Assembly (NCBI GenBank): GCA_963773065.1
Contig: CAVYZN010000006.1
Location: 96,001-160,000 of the forward strand
DNA: 64,000 bases
DNA from: an uncultured Gammaproteobacteria bacterium
GTDB taxonomy: Bacteria > Pseudomonadota > Gammaproteobacteria > UBA9214
Direction: 5' to 3'
The notes below the pieces were generated by a model that did not search any database, was not told where the DNA came from, and was given only the letters and a program-made list of their open reading frames with translations. This document shows, one piece after another, positions 10,351 to 24,122 of this stretch; the stretch's first letter is position 1; each line of letters opens with the position of its first letter. The translations under genes and the position numbers were made by a program.

Positions 10351-12324
10351 TCAGGTCTTGTTTGTTGATTTGCCGTTGTTCCTCCACCATGCCTGAAACA
10401 TCAGCAGCGACCACAGGACCATTGAATGGTTTCGCCAGTTGCATAGATGCTGGGCCCATATTTTCCTGACCGTTCACATTGAATATTCCCTGTTCTGCCA
10501 GCGTTCGTTCGGAAATCAGGTCTTCACTCCATTCTCGCAATGGGCCGCGGAGCCATGAATCAAGCGGTACGCCAAAGCCGCGTTTTGGTCGATCGATGAG
10601 TTCGAGTGGTACATGCTTTAGGAGCAAGTCCTTGAGGATTCTTTTCCCGGTGCCGTCCTGGCGATCAGAAATTCAATTGGCAGACTCCACGCGAACTCGA
10701 GTATGCGCCGGTCAAGCAGAGGGCTGCGTGCCTCGAGACTAACTGCCATGCTTGCTCGGTCCAGCTTGACGAGGATATCGTCCGGCAGATAGCCAATATA
10801 GTCAAAATGCAGCATGGCACGTACAGGATCGTCGACCCTCGCCCAGTTTGAGGGGTTTGTAAGGGCGGTATCAGGTGTGTGTGCGCCATATACAAATTCA
10901 TCGCTAGCAGGCAGTGATTAAAGATATTCGCCAATATGTGCTGCGGGAACCTTGCGGCTCCAGTCGCACGCGTACTGGTATCGTTTGCCGATCTTGCGTC
11001 GCCATTTCTTTGCGTCGGCTACCGAAAACGGGTTTCGCGGAGCCAGAAGTCTCCATGCTGTATTGCCGATCAGTCTCTGCAGACTGCCATTCGCTGTGCG
11101 TAGTGACAGGGGGATGCTCGTGCAGGCGCTGCCAGCGTGCGCGGCATCTCTGATAGCGCTTGTAGCCTGCGAATGTTTCGTCACCGCCATCACCCGAGAG
11201 TACGACCTTGACATCCCAGTGAGCCAATTTGCATACAAGATAGGTAGGGACCTGTGATGGGTCAGAAAACGGCTCGTCGTAAATCGTGGGCAGGTCTTCA
11301 ACGACATCCAGTGCTTGCTTTGGAGTAACATAAAGCTCATGGTGCTCCGTGCCCAGGTGTTCTGCGACACGCGCGGCATATCCGGCTTCGTTATATTCCG
11401 GTTCCGAGAAACCGATGCTGAAGGTTTTGACAGGCCTGGTGGACAGAGACTGCATCAGAGCGACTACCATGCTCGAGTCAATCCCGCCGGATAGTAAGGC
11501 GCCGATTCCACATCGGCAACCATACGGTCGGCGACAGCCTCTCGCAGCAGAATTTCCAGGTGATCCTGGCCTTGCTTGTACGATCCAGTGAATTGCGCAT
11601 GTTCGCCTGCTTCGGCTACTTCTTTGGCGGACCAGAAAGCGCAGGGCTTTCTTGACCAGGGCGTTGTATCAGTGGTTACTGCAGAAAACAACCTGGCGGC
11701 ATTTGGCGGAGATGTCTGTATACAGTGCCGGGGTTCGCAAACCAGCCATACTGAATATATTGTCCAACTTCGTCCATGATCGATGCTCGGATTGAAGCGG
11801 GGATGTAGTACGAGTGCCTTGGGTTCTGAACCAAACAAAAAAGTGTGGCCGAACCAGCCATAGTAAAGTGGCTTCTTGCCGACCCTGTCTCTGGCAAGTG
11901 TTAGTCGTGCTGACTGCCTGTCCCAGACAGCGAAGGCGAACATGCCTTCAAATCTCTGAATTGCGCGTTCAATACCCCATTGCTCGAATGCGGCAAGCAT
12001 GACTTCTGTATCCGAATGCCCCTTGAAGGGATAACCGTAGTTTTCCAGGTCGATACGAATCGTGGCAAAGTTGTAAATTTCACCATTGAATGAAAGTACA
12101 AACCGGCCTGATGAGGAGGTCATTGGCTGGGCGCCTGTTATGGACAGGTCGATGATCGATAAGCGTCGATGTCCCAGCGCAATGCCGTGTTTTATGTCAA
12201 CCCAGACACCGCTTGCATCGGGGCCGCGATGCGACAACGCGTCGGTCATGCGTGTGCACAAGCGAGCCGAACCCTCTTCGTTCAGGTGATTTCTAGGGTC
12301 CAGATAACCAACAAGTCCGCACAT
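10351..12324 (-). CDS. asnB: Asparagine synthase (glutamine-hydrolysing)-like amidotransferase, several frameshifts
   Basis: [60 protein letters not shown]. Confidence 0.9.
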
Positions 12325-12476
12325 CTTGGCAGATTCTATGCTGTATGTTATTGCATGGATGAAAAATTACGCGGATCTAGGTGAAATTGCCAATAAACAG
12401 ATATTTGAGTAGGGATGATGTATGAGTTCCCGGGATTGCGTATGCAATTGATATGTTGAATGGAGATATGACAGAA

Positions 12477-14198
12477 CTACCGATCACGAGTGATCAATTT
12501 TGGTAAAGCCCTCATTTCTTCAATCAGGCCGTCCTTAATAGTGTATACCTTGTCAGCGATATCCATCAGGGCAGGTCGGTGGGTGATGGCGAATATGGTG
12601 ATGTCATGGGACAGATTGCGGATATTCTCGCATATCTCTTTCTCGGTCCTGGTATCGAGAGCGCTGGTTACCTCGTCGAGTATCAGCAACCTTGGCTTGA
12701 GCACAAGTGCGCGGGCGATGGCGATGCGCTGGCGCTGTCCGCCAGAGAGCTTGGCACCCTGCTGTCCGGCGATACTCATGATACCCTCCGGCATGGCGTT
12801 GATGAAATCCCATGCGCCTGCCGTTTCCAGCGCCTGGCGCACGTCGTCGTCGCTGATGCTGGCATCGCCGAGCGTGAGGTTGGCATGAAGGGTGTCATGG
12901 AACAGAACCAGTTCCTGCGGGACATAGCCGATGAGGCGTCGCCAGCTTCCGAGGTCGATCTCATGCAGGGGCCTGCCGTCGACGAGTACGCTGCCTGAAC
13001 TGGGCGCGTGCAGTCCCAGTATGATGTCGGCGATTGTGGTCTTGCCGGATCCAGAGGGGCCGGTCAGTACGGTGATGCTGCGCGCGGGTATTTCCATCGT
13101 GACCGAATGCAGCACTTCCTTGCTGTCGTAACTGAATTGCACGTCGCGCAGTCGGCATCCCGTTTCCAGGCTCGCAGCCGCCTTGCCGGGGTTTTTCTCG
13201 GGCATGTCTGCCGTTTCGCTGATAAGTTCCCTGACCTCGAGGTATGGCTGCTCCAGGCTAATCGCGTCCTGGTAGCTGCGCTGTAACTTGGTGACGTTGT
13301 TTGTGGTTTTTTTCAGCAGCACGCCGACGACGGCCAGGTCGATGACGGGAACATGCCACACGACGATGGCAAGATAAAACCCGATGCCAAGGATAAGCGT
13401 GACCAATATCTCCTGGCTGTTTTTCAGCCCCTCCTTGCTGATGATGTTCCGCCGCATGGCCTTCTTGAGGGAATTGGCCTTGCGTTCAAGCAGGTGGCTG
13501 AAGGTGGTCTGGCGGGTCATCGCCCTGAGCGGCTTGATGTTGATCAGGGTGTCCGTCAGAAAGATGGACAACTCACGGCCATACTTGTTTAGCCGCATGC
13601 CCGCCTTGCGGGCAACACGCACCAGCACGTGCAGACTGCCGACGACGAAGATGCCGATGGCAACTGCTGCCAGCGCAAGCGGCCACGAAACGGTCAATGC
13701 CACTATCATGTAGACCAGCGACTGGATAGCTCCGGCGATCATGGAGGCTACAAGCCGGTAGGCCTGGCTGGTCGACTCCGCCTGTCCACCGACAGCGACG
13801 GTGATCTTGCCGATCGGGTTGTGGACAAAGTAGCTCCACTGGACATTGAATATGTTTTTTATGATTTGCAGGCGCAGTCTTGTCGAAAATTCGGCGACGG
13901 CGCTGCCCACGTAGGCCATGGCAAGAAAGTTAAGCAGGGATACAAGTATCATCGTGGCAATGAAGAAAGCCAGCAGGATGCCTATGCTCATGGGCAAGCC
14001 GAGTGCATCCATAAGATCCTGGGTATATTTCATTATCGGCGATGCCTTGCCACCCTCCATCCCGGTAGCGAGAGTCAGCAACGGCACCACGCTGGTAATG
14101 CCGATTCCTTCCACAGCGCTGGCAACCAGCAGGCATGCGATGACCGCCCACGAGGTCGAGCGCTTGGCATCGAAAAACAATTTAAAGAGGGTTTGCAA
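12477..14198 (-). CDS. ABC exporter, fused permease/ATPase
   Basis: N-terminal TMs; GPSGSGKTT, LSGGQRQR, ILDEVTSALD. Confidence 0.9.
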   Translation of the reverse strand: MQTLFKLFFDAKRSTSWAVIACLLVASAVEGIGITSVVPLLTLATGMEGGKASPIMKYTQDLMDALGLPMSIGILLAFFIATMILVSLLNFLAMAYVGSAVAEFSTRLRLQIIKNIFNVQWSYFVHNPIGKITVAVGGQAESTSQAYRLVASMIAGAIQSLVYMIVALTVSWPLALAAVAIGIFVVGSLHVLVRVARKAGMRLNKYGRELSIFLTDTLINIKPLRAMTRQTTFSHLLERKANSLKKAMRRNIISKEGLKNSQEILVTLILGIGFYLAIVVWHVPVIDLAVVGVLLKKTTNNVTKLQRSYQDAISLEQPYLEVRELISETADMPEKNPGKAAASLETGCRLRDVQFSYDSKEVLHSVTMEIPARSITVLTGPSGSGKTTIADIILGLHAPSSGSVLVDGRPLHEIDLGSWRRLIGYVPQELVLFHDTLHANLTLGDASISDDDVRQALETAGAWDFINAMPEGIMSIAGQQGAKLSGGQRQRIAIARALVLKPRLLILDEVTSALDTRTEKEICENIRNLSHDITIFAITHRPALMDIADKVYTIKDGLIEEMRALPKLITRDR

Positions 14199-14464
14199 AG
14201 TCTTAAAGCTTTTCTCTGGGTTTAAAGCAACATGAATGGGAGATTATATGCGTGCCATCTAATTCAGAGCTAACCACAAGTCACGGTAGTTACAAAAAAC
14301 TGCACCCTATCGGAAATGACCCCGAAACTACCGTGCCTACAGTCTGTCGCGGCCATGTTGATGAATTTCGCCAATGATGAGATCCAGCATACAAGGTGGT
14401 CGCTTTCCACAATGACCGTTGTAGCCAGGAAGGGATCTTTGCAAGTCTGAAATACCAGAATCAG

Positions 14465-14497
14465 CTAGAATATGTGTCCCCTAGAATATGTGTCCCC
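14465..14497. repeat. Tandem 16-bp duplication ending in TGTCCCC
   Basis: CTAGAATATGTGTCCC x2. Confidence 0.8.
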
Positions 14498-15113
14498 TCG
14501 CACTTGGCGCGGCAATCGCGTTCGTCCGATGTCATCGCCCTTGGTGCGCAAGCTCACACGTGAATTTCAGATGATTGCCCTGCACTCTTTACGATCGATC
14601 CAACCGAAGCTGGCCGGCACGGTGGGACTTTGGAACAACTGGAAACACTACACAAATGCCTGATCCGGCGCACCGGCTGGCTGATCCGTCCTCAGGGACG
14701 TAACGCATTGTACGTGACTGCAAACGATTCTGTGCAAATGGAGTTATTGCATTACCTCGACATCCTCGATTAGGCTGCGTAGCATATGACTTGTGGCGGA
14801 TTCATGCGACGAGAGGGTATATTATATTTTTCAATCTGTTGGTGCCAATTCTAATCTGAAAAAGTGGAATTACACGATTTTCGCGATATCCTGCCAGAGC
14901 GGAATGACACTTAACTTGAATCAAAATGTCGCGGGGTAGCGTTCTTTGCGTAACCCGCCCGGCGTAACGCAGCTACCCAACGCATTTTAATGAGTGCCTG
15001 ACCCACCCTGCATCGATTGTGGAACTGCCACGCAAGCGCCATCCGGATCCGGCGTTTTTTGAACGGTTCCAGACGCGGCGCAAGCCAGGAGTCCAACCCC
15101 CAGGAAACCGCCC

Positions 15114-16074
15114 ATGGATCACGCCGTCTTTATCCAGACCAACCACAAGCAGATCACCGGCGCCATCGTCGCCGAATACGCCCTGCGCCGCTATTCAAGC
15201 CACAACGACAAATTCGACGTCCGCATCATGAACACCGCGGATTATCTACTGGTTCAAGAGCCACGAGGGCCAGCTCTACCTGCGCGACGGCGTCAAGCGC
15301 ACCTGGCTGAACGACGACCTGCAGTCGTTCACCCCGACGCGCTTCATGCCGCCGGAACTGATGGACTACCGGGGGCGCGCGGTGGTGATCGACCCGGACA
15401 TCTTCGCCGCCAGCGATGTCTGGGACCTGCTCACGCGCGACATGCAGGGCAAGGCCATCCTGTGCCGTCCCCGCTCGAAAAAGAAGGGGATACTGGACCA
15501 CTGCATGGCCACCAGCGTCATGCTGCTCGATTGCGCCCAGCTCAGCCACTGGAAGGTGCAGGAAGACTTCGAGGAAATGTTCGAGTTCCGGCGCGACTAC
15601 ATGGCGTGGGTCTGCCTGCGCCTGGAGGACCGCGACAGCATCGGCCTGTTCGAGAACGAGTGGAACGACCTGGACAAGTTCACCGCCGCGACCAGGATGC
15701 TGCACACCACCCGGCGCATGACCCAACCGTGGAAAACGGGGTTGCCGGTCGACTGGCGTCCGGCGGAACACTTCCGGCGCTTCCCGCCGCTGGCCTGGCT
15801 GATGCGCGCCCGCCGCCAACTGTTCGGTGAATACGCCTTTCTGGGTCACTACAAGGCCCACCCGGACCCGAACCAGGAGCGCTTCTTCTTCGGCCTGCTC
15901 AAGGAATGCCTGACCAAGGGCATCATCAGCGAGGACCTCATTCGCGAACAGATGCGCCTGAACCATGTGCGCCACGACGCCTTCGAGGTCCTGGAGCGCA
16001 CGCCCGACCTGCCGCCGGCGCCGCTGCATCCCCTGTCGCAGGCCGTCGGTCAGGCGGCTAGGATCCCCCAGTAA
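15114..16074 (+). CDS. GT8-like (GT-A fold) putative glycosyltransferase (frameshift near 15245)
   Basis: FTPTRF, VIDPDIF (DxD), TSVMLLDC, EWNDLD, LHTT..TQPWK. Confidence 0.6.
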
Positions 16075-16075
16075 G

Positions 16076-16140
16076 GTAGAGCAGAGGCACGAAGCCCAAC
16101 ATTCGCGACCGCTGATCACGTTGGGCTTCCGCTCGGCTCG
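16076..16140. repeat. Degenerate REP-like palindrome between convergent genes
   Basis: GTAG followed by GAAGCCCAAC...GTTGGGCTTC. Confidence 0.45.
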
Positions 16141-16151
16141 GCGGCCTGATC

Positions 16152-17294
16152 TCAGCCCGTGCGGGAACTGCGCAGATCACCGAACAGGGCGCGCACCCGC
16201 GCGGCGGCGCGCTCGCCGTCCGACATCTGCATGGCGACGTTACCGGCCTTCCACTCCTGCCCGACCCAGACCGCGCGCCCGCTCGCGACCAGGCGCTCCT
16301 GGATGCGGGAGACGTCGCGGCGCATGCGCCGCGGCGCCAGCGCCATGGCGAGGTGGTGACTCAGCGGTTTGTAACGGAGATTGTGCCGGTAGGTCCAGCG
16401 TGGGCGACGGCGCTCACGGCTGTCGGCGCGCTCGGCCGGGCGATCAGACAAGTCAAAGATCGACAAGGGTTTGCCGGTGGCGGCCGCCTCGGCCAGCATC
16501 GACATGCTCTCGCCGGTCACCACCAGCCGGTCGGCCAGGGCCAGATACGCCTGATACGGGTTATCCTCGGCCGGATCCCCCCAGTGAAACGCGGAGAGCG
16601 GCGCCTCGATGGTTGCCAGAAAGGCCGCATAGGCCCTCTCCGGGGTGCGCGCGCTGTTGGTGGCCAGCACCGACCCGCCCTCTTTGCGGATGCACGCATT
16701 CAGCCACTCCGCCAGGCGCACGGCCTTCTCCGGCGTAAACACGAACGGCCCGCTGTCGCCTCCCAGCAGCACCGACCAGTAGGGTCGCGCCAGGCGCGCA
16801 AAATGTCCGCGCCAGCGGCCTGCGACCTCGTCCAGACCGGCTGGAGTAATCCGGTGCAGCGGCAGGTCGATCGGCAGGATGTTCGGCCGTTCCGGCAGGA
16901 AATACTGGGGCGTCGCGACGATCAGGTCGAAGCAGTCGAGCCTCGCCCAGGGACGCCCGACATGGACCAGCCGGGTCTGCCCGCCGGACTGGCGCCGTAT
17001 CCAGCGCGCCACCGGTTCGTTGCGCCGGCCCGCGGTAATCACCAGATCGGGCCACGGCGGATCCAGCCGGCTGGAACCCGCCCGGTCGATGCCGGCCAGC
17101 GTCACGCGCAGCAGCCGGTTGCTCAGCAGTTCCCAGGGCTGGTAGACAAAACGCTTGACCTCGAACGGCCAGTGCAGGGCCTCGGCCAGCGCCACCACCT
17201 GGTTGTTGTCGCCCGCCTTGTGCCCCGTCAACAGCCACACCCGCGGCGGGGCGTGGGGTGTATGCGGCCGATCTGCGATGGCGGGAGCGTTCAT
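16152..17294 (-). CDS. ELM1-family (GT-B-like) protein, copy 2
   Basis: GHKAGDNNQ, PPWPDLVITAGRR, FDLIVATPQY, VTGESMSMLAEA. Confidence 0.8.
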   Translation of the reverse strand: MNAPAIADRPHTPHAPPRVWLLTGHKAGDNNQVVALAEALHWPFEVKRFVYQPWELLSNRLLRVTLAGIDRAGSSRLDPPWPDLVITAGRRNEPVARWIRRQSGGQTRLVHVGRPWARLDCFDLIVATPQYFLPERPNILPIDLPLHRITPAGLDEVAGRWRGHFARLARPYWSVLLGGDSGPFVFTPEKAVRLAEWLNACIRKEGGSVLATNSARTPERAYAAFLATIEAPLSAFHWGDPAEDNPYQAYLALADRLVVTGESMSMLAEAAATGKPLSIFDLSDRPAERADSRERRRPRWTYRHNLRYKPLSHHLAMALAPRRMRRDVSRIQERLVASGRAVWVGQEWKAGNVAMQMSDGERAAARVRALFGDLRSSRTG

Positions 17295-18441
17295 GAGCGA
17301 TCTTTGCGGTGAATTCGGAGCAGAAAGTCGGCTGTCCGGCAAACAGCGCCCGCACCCGCGCCAGCGCCCGCTCGAGATCCCGCAGGGGCGGCGGAACCTG
17401 GTCGGGAAAGGACTCACCCAGCCAGACGGCATGCCCGCCCTCGAGCAGACGCCGGTGCACCAGGGCGATGTCCCGGCTCAGGCGCTTCGGGCCCCAGCGC
17501 ATCAACCCGCGATACAGGGAGCCGGACAGCCGGAAATCGCGCTCCCCGTCCCCTGCCATGCCGGGGATCGTCACGGGATGGTCGGCGTCGAACATGTAGA
17601 CCGGCTTGCCGGTCGCGCAGGCCTCGGTCAGCATGGAGATGCTGTCGGCCGTGACGATGATGGCGTCGGCCAGCGCCAGATAGCCGTAGTAGGGATTGTT
17701 AGCATCGTCGCGCCGCCAGCGGTAAAAGTGCCTCGGGACGTCGATGCCCGCGGCCAGCGCCTCGGCCGCCGGCGCCGAGGTGCGCGCGCTGGTGGTCACC
17801 AGCAGCGAACCGCCCCGCTCCCGGGCCAGCGCGCTGGCCTGCCGCGCCAGGCGCGCGCGCCGCCTTGCGTCCCGAACGTCGTGGGCCCGCTGTCGCCCCC
17901 GGCGATCACGGCGATGCAGGGCCGAGGCAACGCCGGCAAGCCGCGGCTCCCAGCGCCGCGCCTCGGCCTGCAGGCGTTCAGCGGTCACGCGGTGCAGGGT
18001 GAGCGTGTTGTGCAGCACATTGGGCCGCTCGGGCAGGCGGTACTGCGGCGTGGTGATCACCAGGTCAAACTGTTCCAGCCGCGCCCAGGGACGCCCGATG
18101 TGCACGAGGCGGGTAAGCCCGGCGGACTGCTCGCGTATCCAGCGGCAGGCCGGCTCGTTGCGCATGCCGGCCGAGATCACCAGGTCGGGCCAGGGCGGTG
18201 TGAGCGGACTGGACCGGTCCAGCCGGATGCCGCGCAGGTGACTGGCCCGGAACAGACTCACCCGCGCGGCCGAGGGCCGGTAGTCGAGCTCCTTGACCTC
18301 GAAGGGCCAGCCCAGCGCCTCCGCCAGCGCCAGCACCTGGGAACGCTCCCCCGCCCGGTAACCGGTCACGACCCACGCCCGCGGCGGCGTATCCCGTCCG
18401 CTCAGGCGCGGCGCGGGGGAAAATTCTGCATTGACTGGCAT
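17291..18441 (-). CDS. ELM1-family (GT-B-like) protein, copy 1 (local frameshifts)
   Basis: GYRAGERSQ, PPWPDLVISAG, FDLVITTPQY, VTADSISMLTEAC. Confidence 0.8.
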
Positions 18442-18587
18442 TCGATTGATAGACACTCCCCCGGCGGCAGGCATGGCAGACCCGCCGGAGTCCAAGTACA
18501 ATCCGCGGTTTGCAAACCGGGCGGTCAAACTAGCGATGCACGAAGCGCCCCGACTGGCCCTCGAATATACCGGATTCTAACCGCTCC

Positions 18588-18830
18588 ATGCCCGCTTACA
18601 ACGAATTCATTACCCGTATCCGCAATATCCTTCAGCCCTTCGTCAAGCCGGGCCTGGCGCTCACCGAAGACAGCGAACTGGTGGCCGAACTCGGCCTGAC
18701 CTCGCTGCAGGTGATGATGATGATCGAGCAGATCGAGGATGATTTCGATATCTCCGTGCCCCTCAACATCCTGCCGGATATCCGCACCCTGGGCGATCTC
18801 GCCCGGCAACTGGAAAAACTGCTGCCTTGA
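18588..18830 (+). CDS. Acyl carrier protein, SPT-associated
   Basis: 80 aa acidic; ELGLTSL...IEDDFDISVPLN. Confidence 0.85.
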   Translation: MPAYNEFITRIRNILQPFVKPGLALTEDSELVAELGLTSLQVMMMIEQIEDDFDISVPLNILPDIRTLGDLARQLEKLLP

Positions 18831-18834
18831 CGCC

Positions 18835-21329
<2,495 letters not shown>

Positions 21330-21511
21330 TACCGCTCGACGCGGATATTTTTACTAGGAAAATCTCTGAACACGCCTCATCTCCGCGAAGGCATCATCCC
21401 TGTGAAAGCGGGCGTGCTGGGGATCCAGTAACTCACGTGATCCTGCGAGTTCACGACTGGATTCCCGCTTGCGCAGAGGAACTGACAGGTATTAATCGCA
21501 GGGCTCAATGA

Positions 21512-22290
21512 ATGTATTCGGCACCGATGACCGCTCAATCCTGGCAGCCGGCGGCGCACCAGCCGCCGCCCACACCCGATGAGATCCATGTCTGGCGCAT
21601 CGATCTTGCCGCCGGCACCGGATCGCCGGCCGGCGCGACGGTGCTCTCCCCCGACGAACGGGAACGCGCCGCTCGTCTGCTGTGCGAACACAAACGCGCC
21701 CAATTCATCGCCGGGCGCAGCGCGCTGCGGCGGCTGCTCGGCCATTACCTCGGCGCGGCGCCGCAGACGCTAACCTTCCGCTACGGCCCGCGCGGCAAAC
21801 CCGCCCTGGCTACCGGAGCGGCGCACAGGACGCTGCAATTCAATTTCAGCAACTCGCGGGATCTGGGGCTGCTCGCCGTCGCGACCGCGCGCGAAATCGG
21901 CATCGACCTCGAGTACCGCCACCGCGGCATCAGTGTGGCGCCGCTCGCGCGGCATATCCTGTCCCCGGGCGAGGCCGCCGCTTTCCAACGTCTCCCGCCG
22001 CAGCGGCACAAGCAGGCGCTGCTCGCGACCTGGACGCGCAAGGAAGCCTACGTCAAGGCCCTGGGTGTCGGACTCGCGCGGTCATTGAAGCAGCTTCTCG
22101 ACAGGGGTTGCCGGCGAAGACGATTACCGCCCGGCTGCAACTGGAGGATGCCAACGGAGAACCGCGGATCTGGACGTTCGCCCCGCTCGCCGTGCATCCC
22201 GATTACCTCGCCTGCCTGGCGGCCCCGGGCAGCGACTGGACACTGCGCTGCTTCGACTGGCGGCCGGCGCTGAACCCACGGCAGCCGTAA
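21512..22290 (+). CDS. Sfp-type 4'-phosphopantetheinyl transferase (3' frameshift)
   Basis: GPRGKP, FNFSNS, IGIDLE, WTRKEAYVKALG. Confidence 0.9.
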
Positions 22291-22383
22291 CCCTGACGGA
22301 CAATCGGGATTGCCCAACCCGGGTCCTGCCCGCTATCCCGTCTATAATAAAAATCAATCCCGGGGATCGGGAGGAGGATCGCC

Positions 22384-23496
22384 ATGGCTCAAGACATGCT
22401 GCTGGTCGCCACGCGCAAGGGCGCGTTCATTTATCACGGGGATGCCACGCGGGAGAACTGGCGCGTGTCCGGGCCGCATTTCCTCGGCGCCATCGTCCAC
22501 CATGCCGTGCTCGACCCGCGCGACGGCACGACCCTGCTGCTCGCCGCGCGCACCGGCCATCTCGGACCCACCGTGTACCGCTCCCGGGATCGGGGCGCGA
22601 CCTGGAAGGAGGCGCCGCGGCCCCCGGCCTTCGCGCGCAGCGAGGACCCGGCGTTCGCGCGCAGCGTGGATCATGTGTTCTGGCTCACCCCCGGCCATCC
22701 GGACGAGCCCGGTGTGTGGTATGCCGGCACCTCGCCCGCCGGCCTGTTCCGCTCCGGGGACGGCGGCGACACCTGGCAGGAGGTGGAGGGCTTCAACCGG
22801 GGCTATTTCCCGCGGATCCGAGACCAGGTGGGCGATGTGCCCGGCGGTTCGCTCCTGCATTCCATCTGCATCGACCCGCGGGACCGGCGCCACCTCTATA
22901 TCGGTATTTCCAGCGGCGGCGTGTTCGAGACCGGCGACGGCGGCGAGACCTGGCGCCCGCTCAACAAAGGGGTGGCCGCCTATTTCCTGCCCGATCCCGA
23001 GGCCGAGCTGGGACACGATCCCCACTGTGTGGCCCTGCATCCCCTCGCCCCGGACCGGCTCTATCAGCAGAACCATTGCGGCATCTACCGGCTGGACCGG
23101 CCGGGTGAAACCTGGCGGCGCATCGGCGCGGCCATGCCCGGGGAGATCGGCGACATCGGCTTTCCCGTGGTGCTTCATCCGCGCGATCCGGACACCGTCT
23201 GGGTGTTCCCCATGGACGGCACCGAAGCCTGGCCCCGCACCTCGCCCGGCGGCCGCCCCGCCGCCTACCGCACGCGCGACGGCGGCGCGAGCTGGGAGCG
23301 CCAGGACCGGGGGATGCCGGGCGAGCAGGCGTGGTGGACAGTCAAGCGCCAGTCCTTCTGCGCGGACGCGGCCGATCCGCTGGGGCTTTATTTCGGCACC
23401 ACCAGCGGCGAGCTGTGGGCGAGCCTGGATGAGGGTGATTCGTGGCGGCGCATCGCCGGGCACCTGCCGGAAATCTACGCCGTCGTGGCGGCCTGA
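22384..23496 (+). CDS. BNR/Asp-box beta-propeller protein
   Basis: Repeated SxDxGxTW motifs; HDPHC, QQNHCG. Confidence 0.85.
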   Translation: MAQDMLLVATRKGAFIYHGDATRENWRVSGPHFLGAIVHHAVLDPRDGTTLLLAARTGHLGPTVYRSRDRGATWKEAPRPPAFARSEDPAFARSVDHVFWLTPGHPDEPGVWYAGTSPAGLFRSGDGGDTWQEVEGFNRGYFPRIRDQVGDVPGGSLLHSICIDPRDRRHLYIGISSGGVFETGDGGETWRPLNKGVAAYFLPDPEAELGHDPHCVALHPLAPDRLYQQNHCGIYRLDRPGETWRRIGAAMPGEIGDIGFPVVLHPRDPDTVWVFPMDGTEAWPRTSPGGRPAAYRTRDGGASWERQDRGMPGEQAWWTVKRQSFCADAADPLGLYFGTTSGELWASLDEGDSWRRIAGHLPEIYAVVAA

Positions 23497-23499
23497 CGC

Positions 23500-23760
23500 A
23501 TGAAGGTCATCATCCCGAGCCCCCTCTACGCCTACACCGGCGGCGCCCGCGAGGTAGCGGCCGAAGGCGCGACCCTGGACGAGCTGGTGAATCACCTGGA
23601 GGCCCGCTATCCGGGGCTGCGCTTTCGCATCGTGGACGAACAGGGCGCGATCCGCCCCCATATCCGCTTCTTCGTCAACGGCCAGAGCGCGTCGTCCCTG
23701 ACCCGAGCGCTTGCGCCACACGATGACGTGCTGATCGTCGCCGCCCTGAGCGGCGGCTGA
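23500..23760 (+). CDS. MoaD/ThiS ubiquitin-like protein
   Basis: 86 aa ending ALSGG; FFVNG. Confidence 0.85.
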   Translation: MKVIIPSPLYAYTGGAREVAAEGATLDELVNHLEARYPGLRFRIVDEQGAIRPHIRFFVNGQSASSLTRALAPHDDVLIVAALSGG

Positions 23761-23958
23761 CCGGAGCGGTTTGCCGCGGGCGCGGTTCGCGACCTCTGCC
23801 CGGCGTTTCGGTGCGCGCGCCGCAGGCACGGCAACGCGGGAATGGCTGGCCGCGGCGTGGCGGTCGAACTCAAAGCCCAACTGCTATAGCCGCTTGACGA
23901 TCTCACGGTAACGAAAGCCTGCCAATCTTCCCATTTAGCCGCTCACCACCAGCGGGTA

Positions 23959-24057
23959 ATGGACATGGTGATAGCCAGCTTTCCGTCCGGGCATCTCCTG
24001 GGACCCATGCCGAAGGGGATGAGGTTGCCCCGGTAGAGCGATGTCAGCAGGAGCGTC
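23959..24057 (-). pseudogene. Fragment paralogous to the NmrA-family gene at 26.1-27.0 kb
   Basis: Ungapped match to 26476-26574, about 15 mismatches in 99 bp by eye. Confidence 0.75.
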
Positions 24058-24122
24058 TCGGTCGCCACGCGTAAACCTAATTAACAGAGCCTGAGGCTCA
24101 GCCATCAAGCAAGAAGGTGTTA

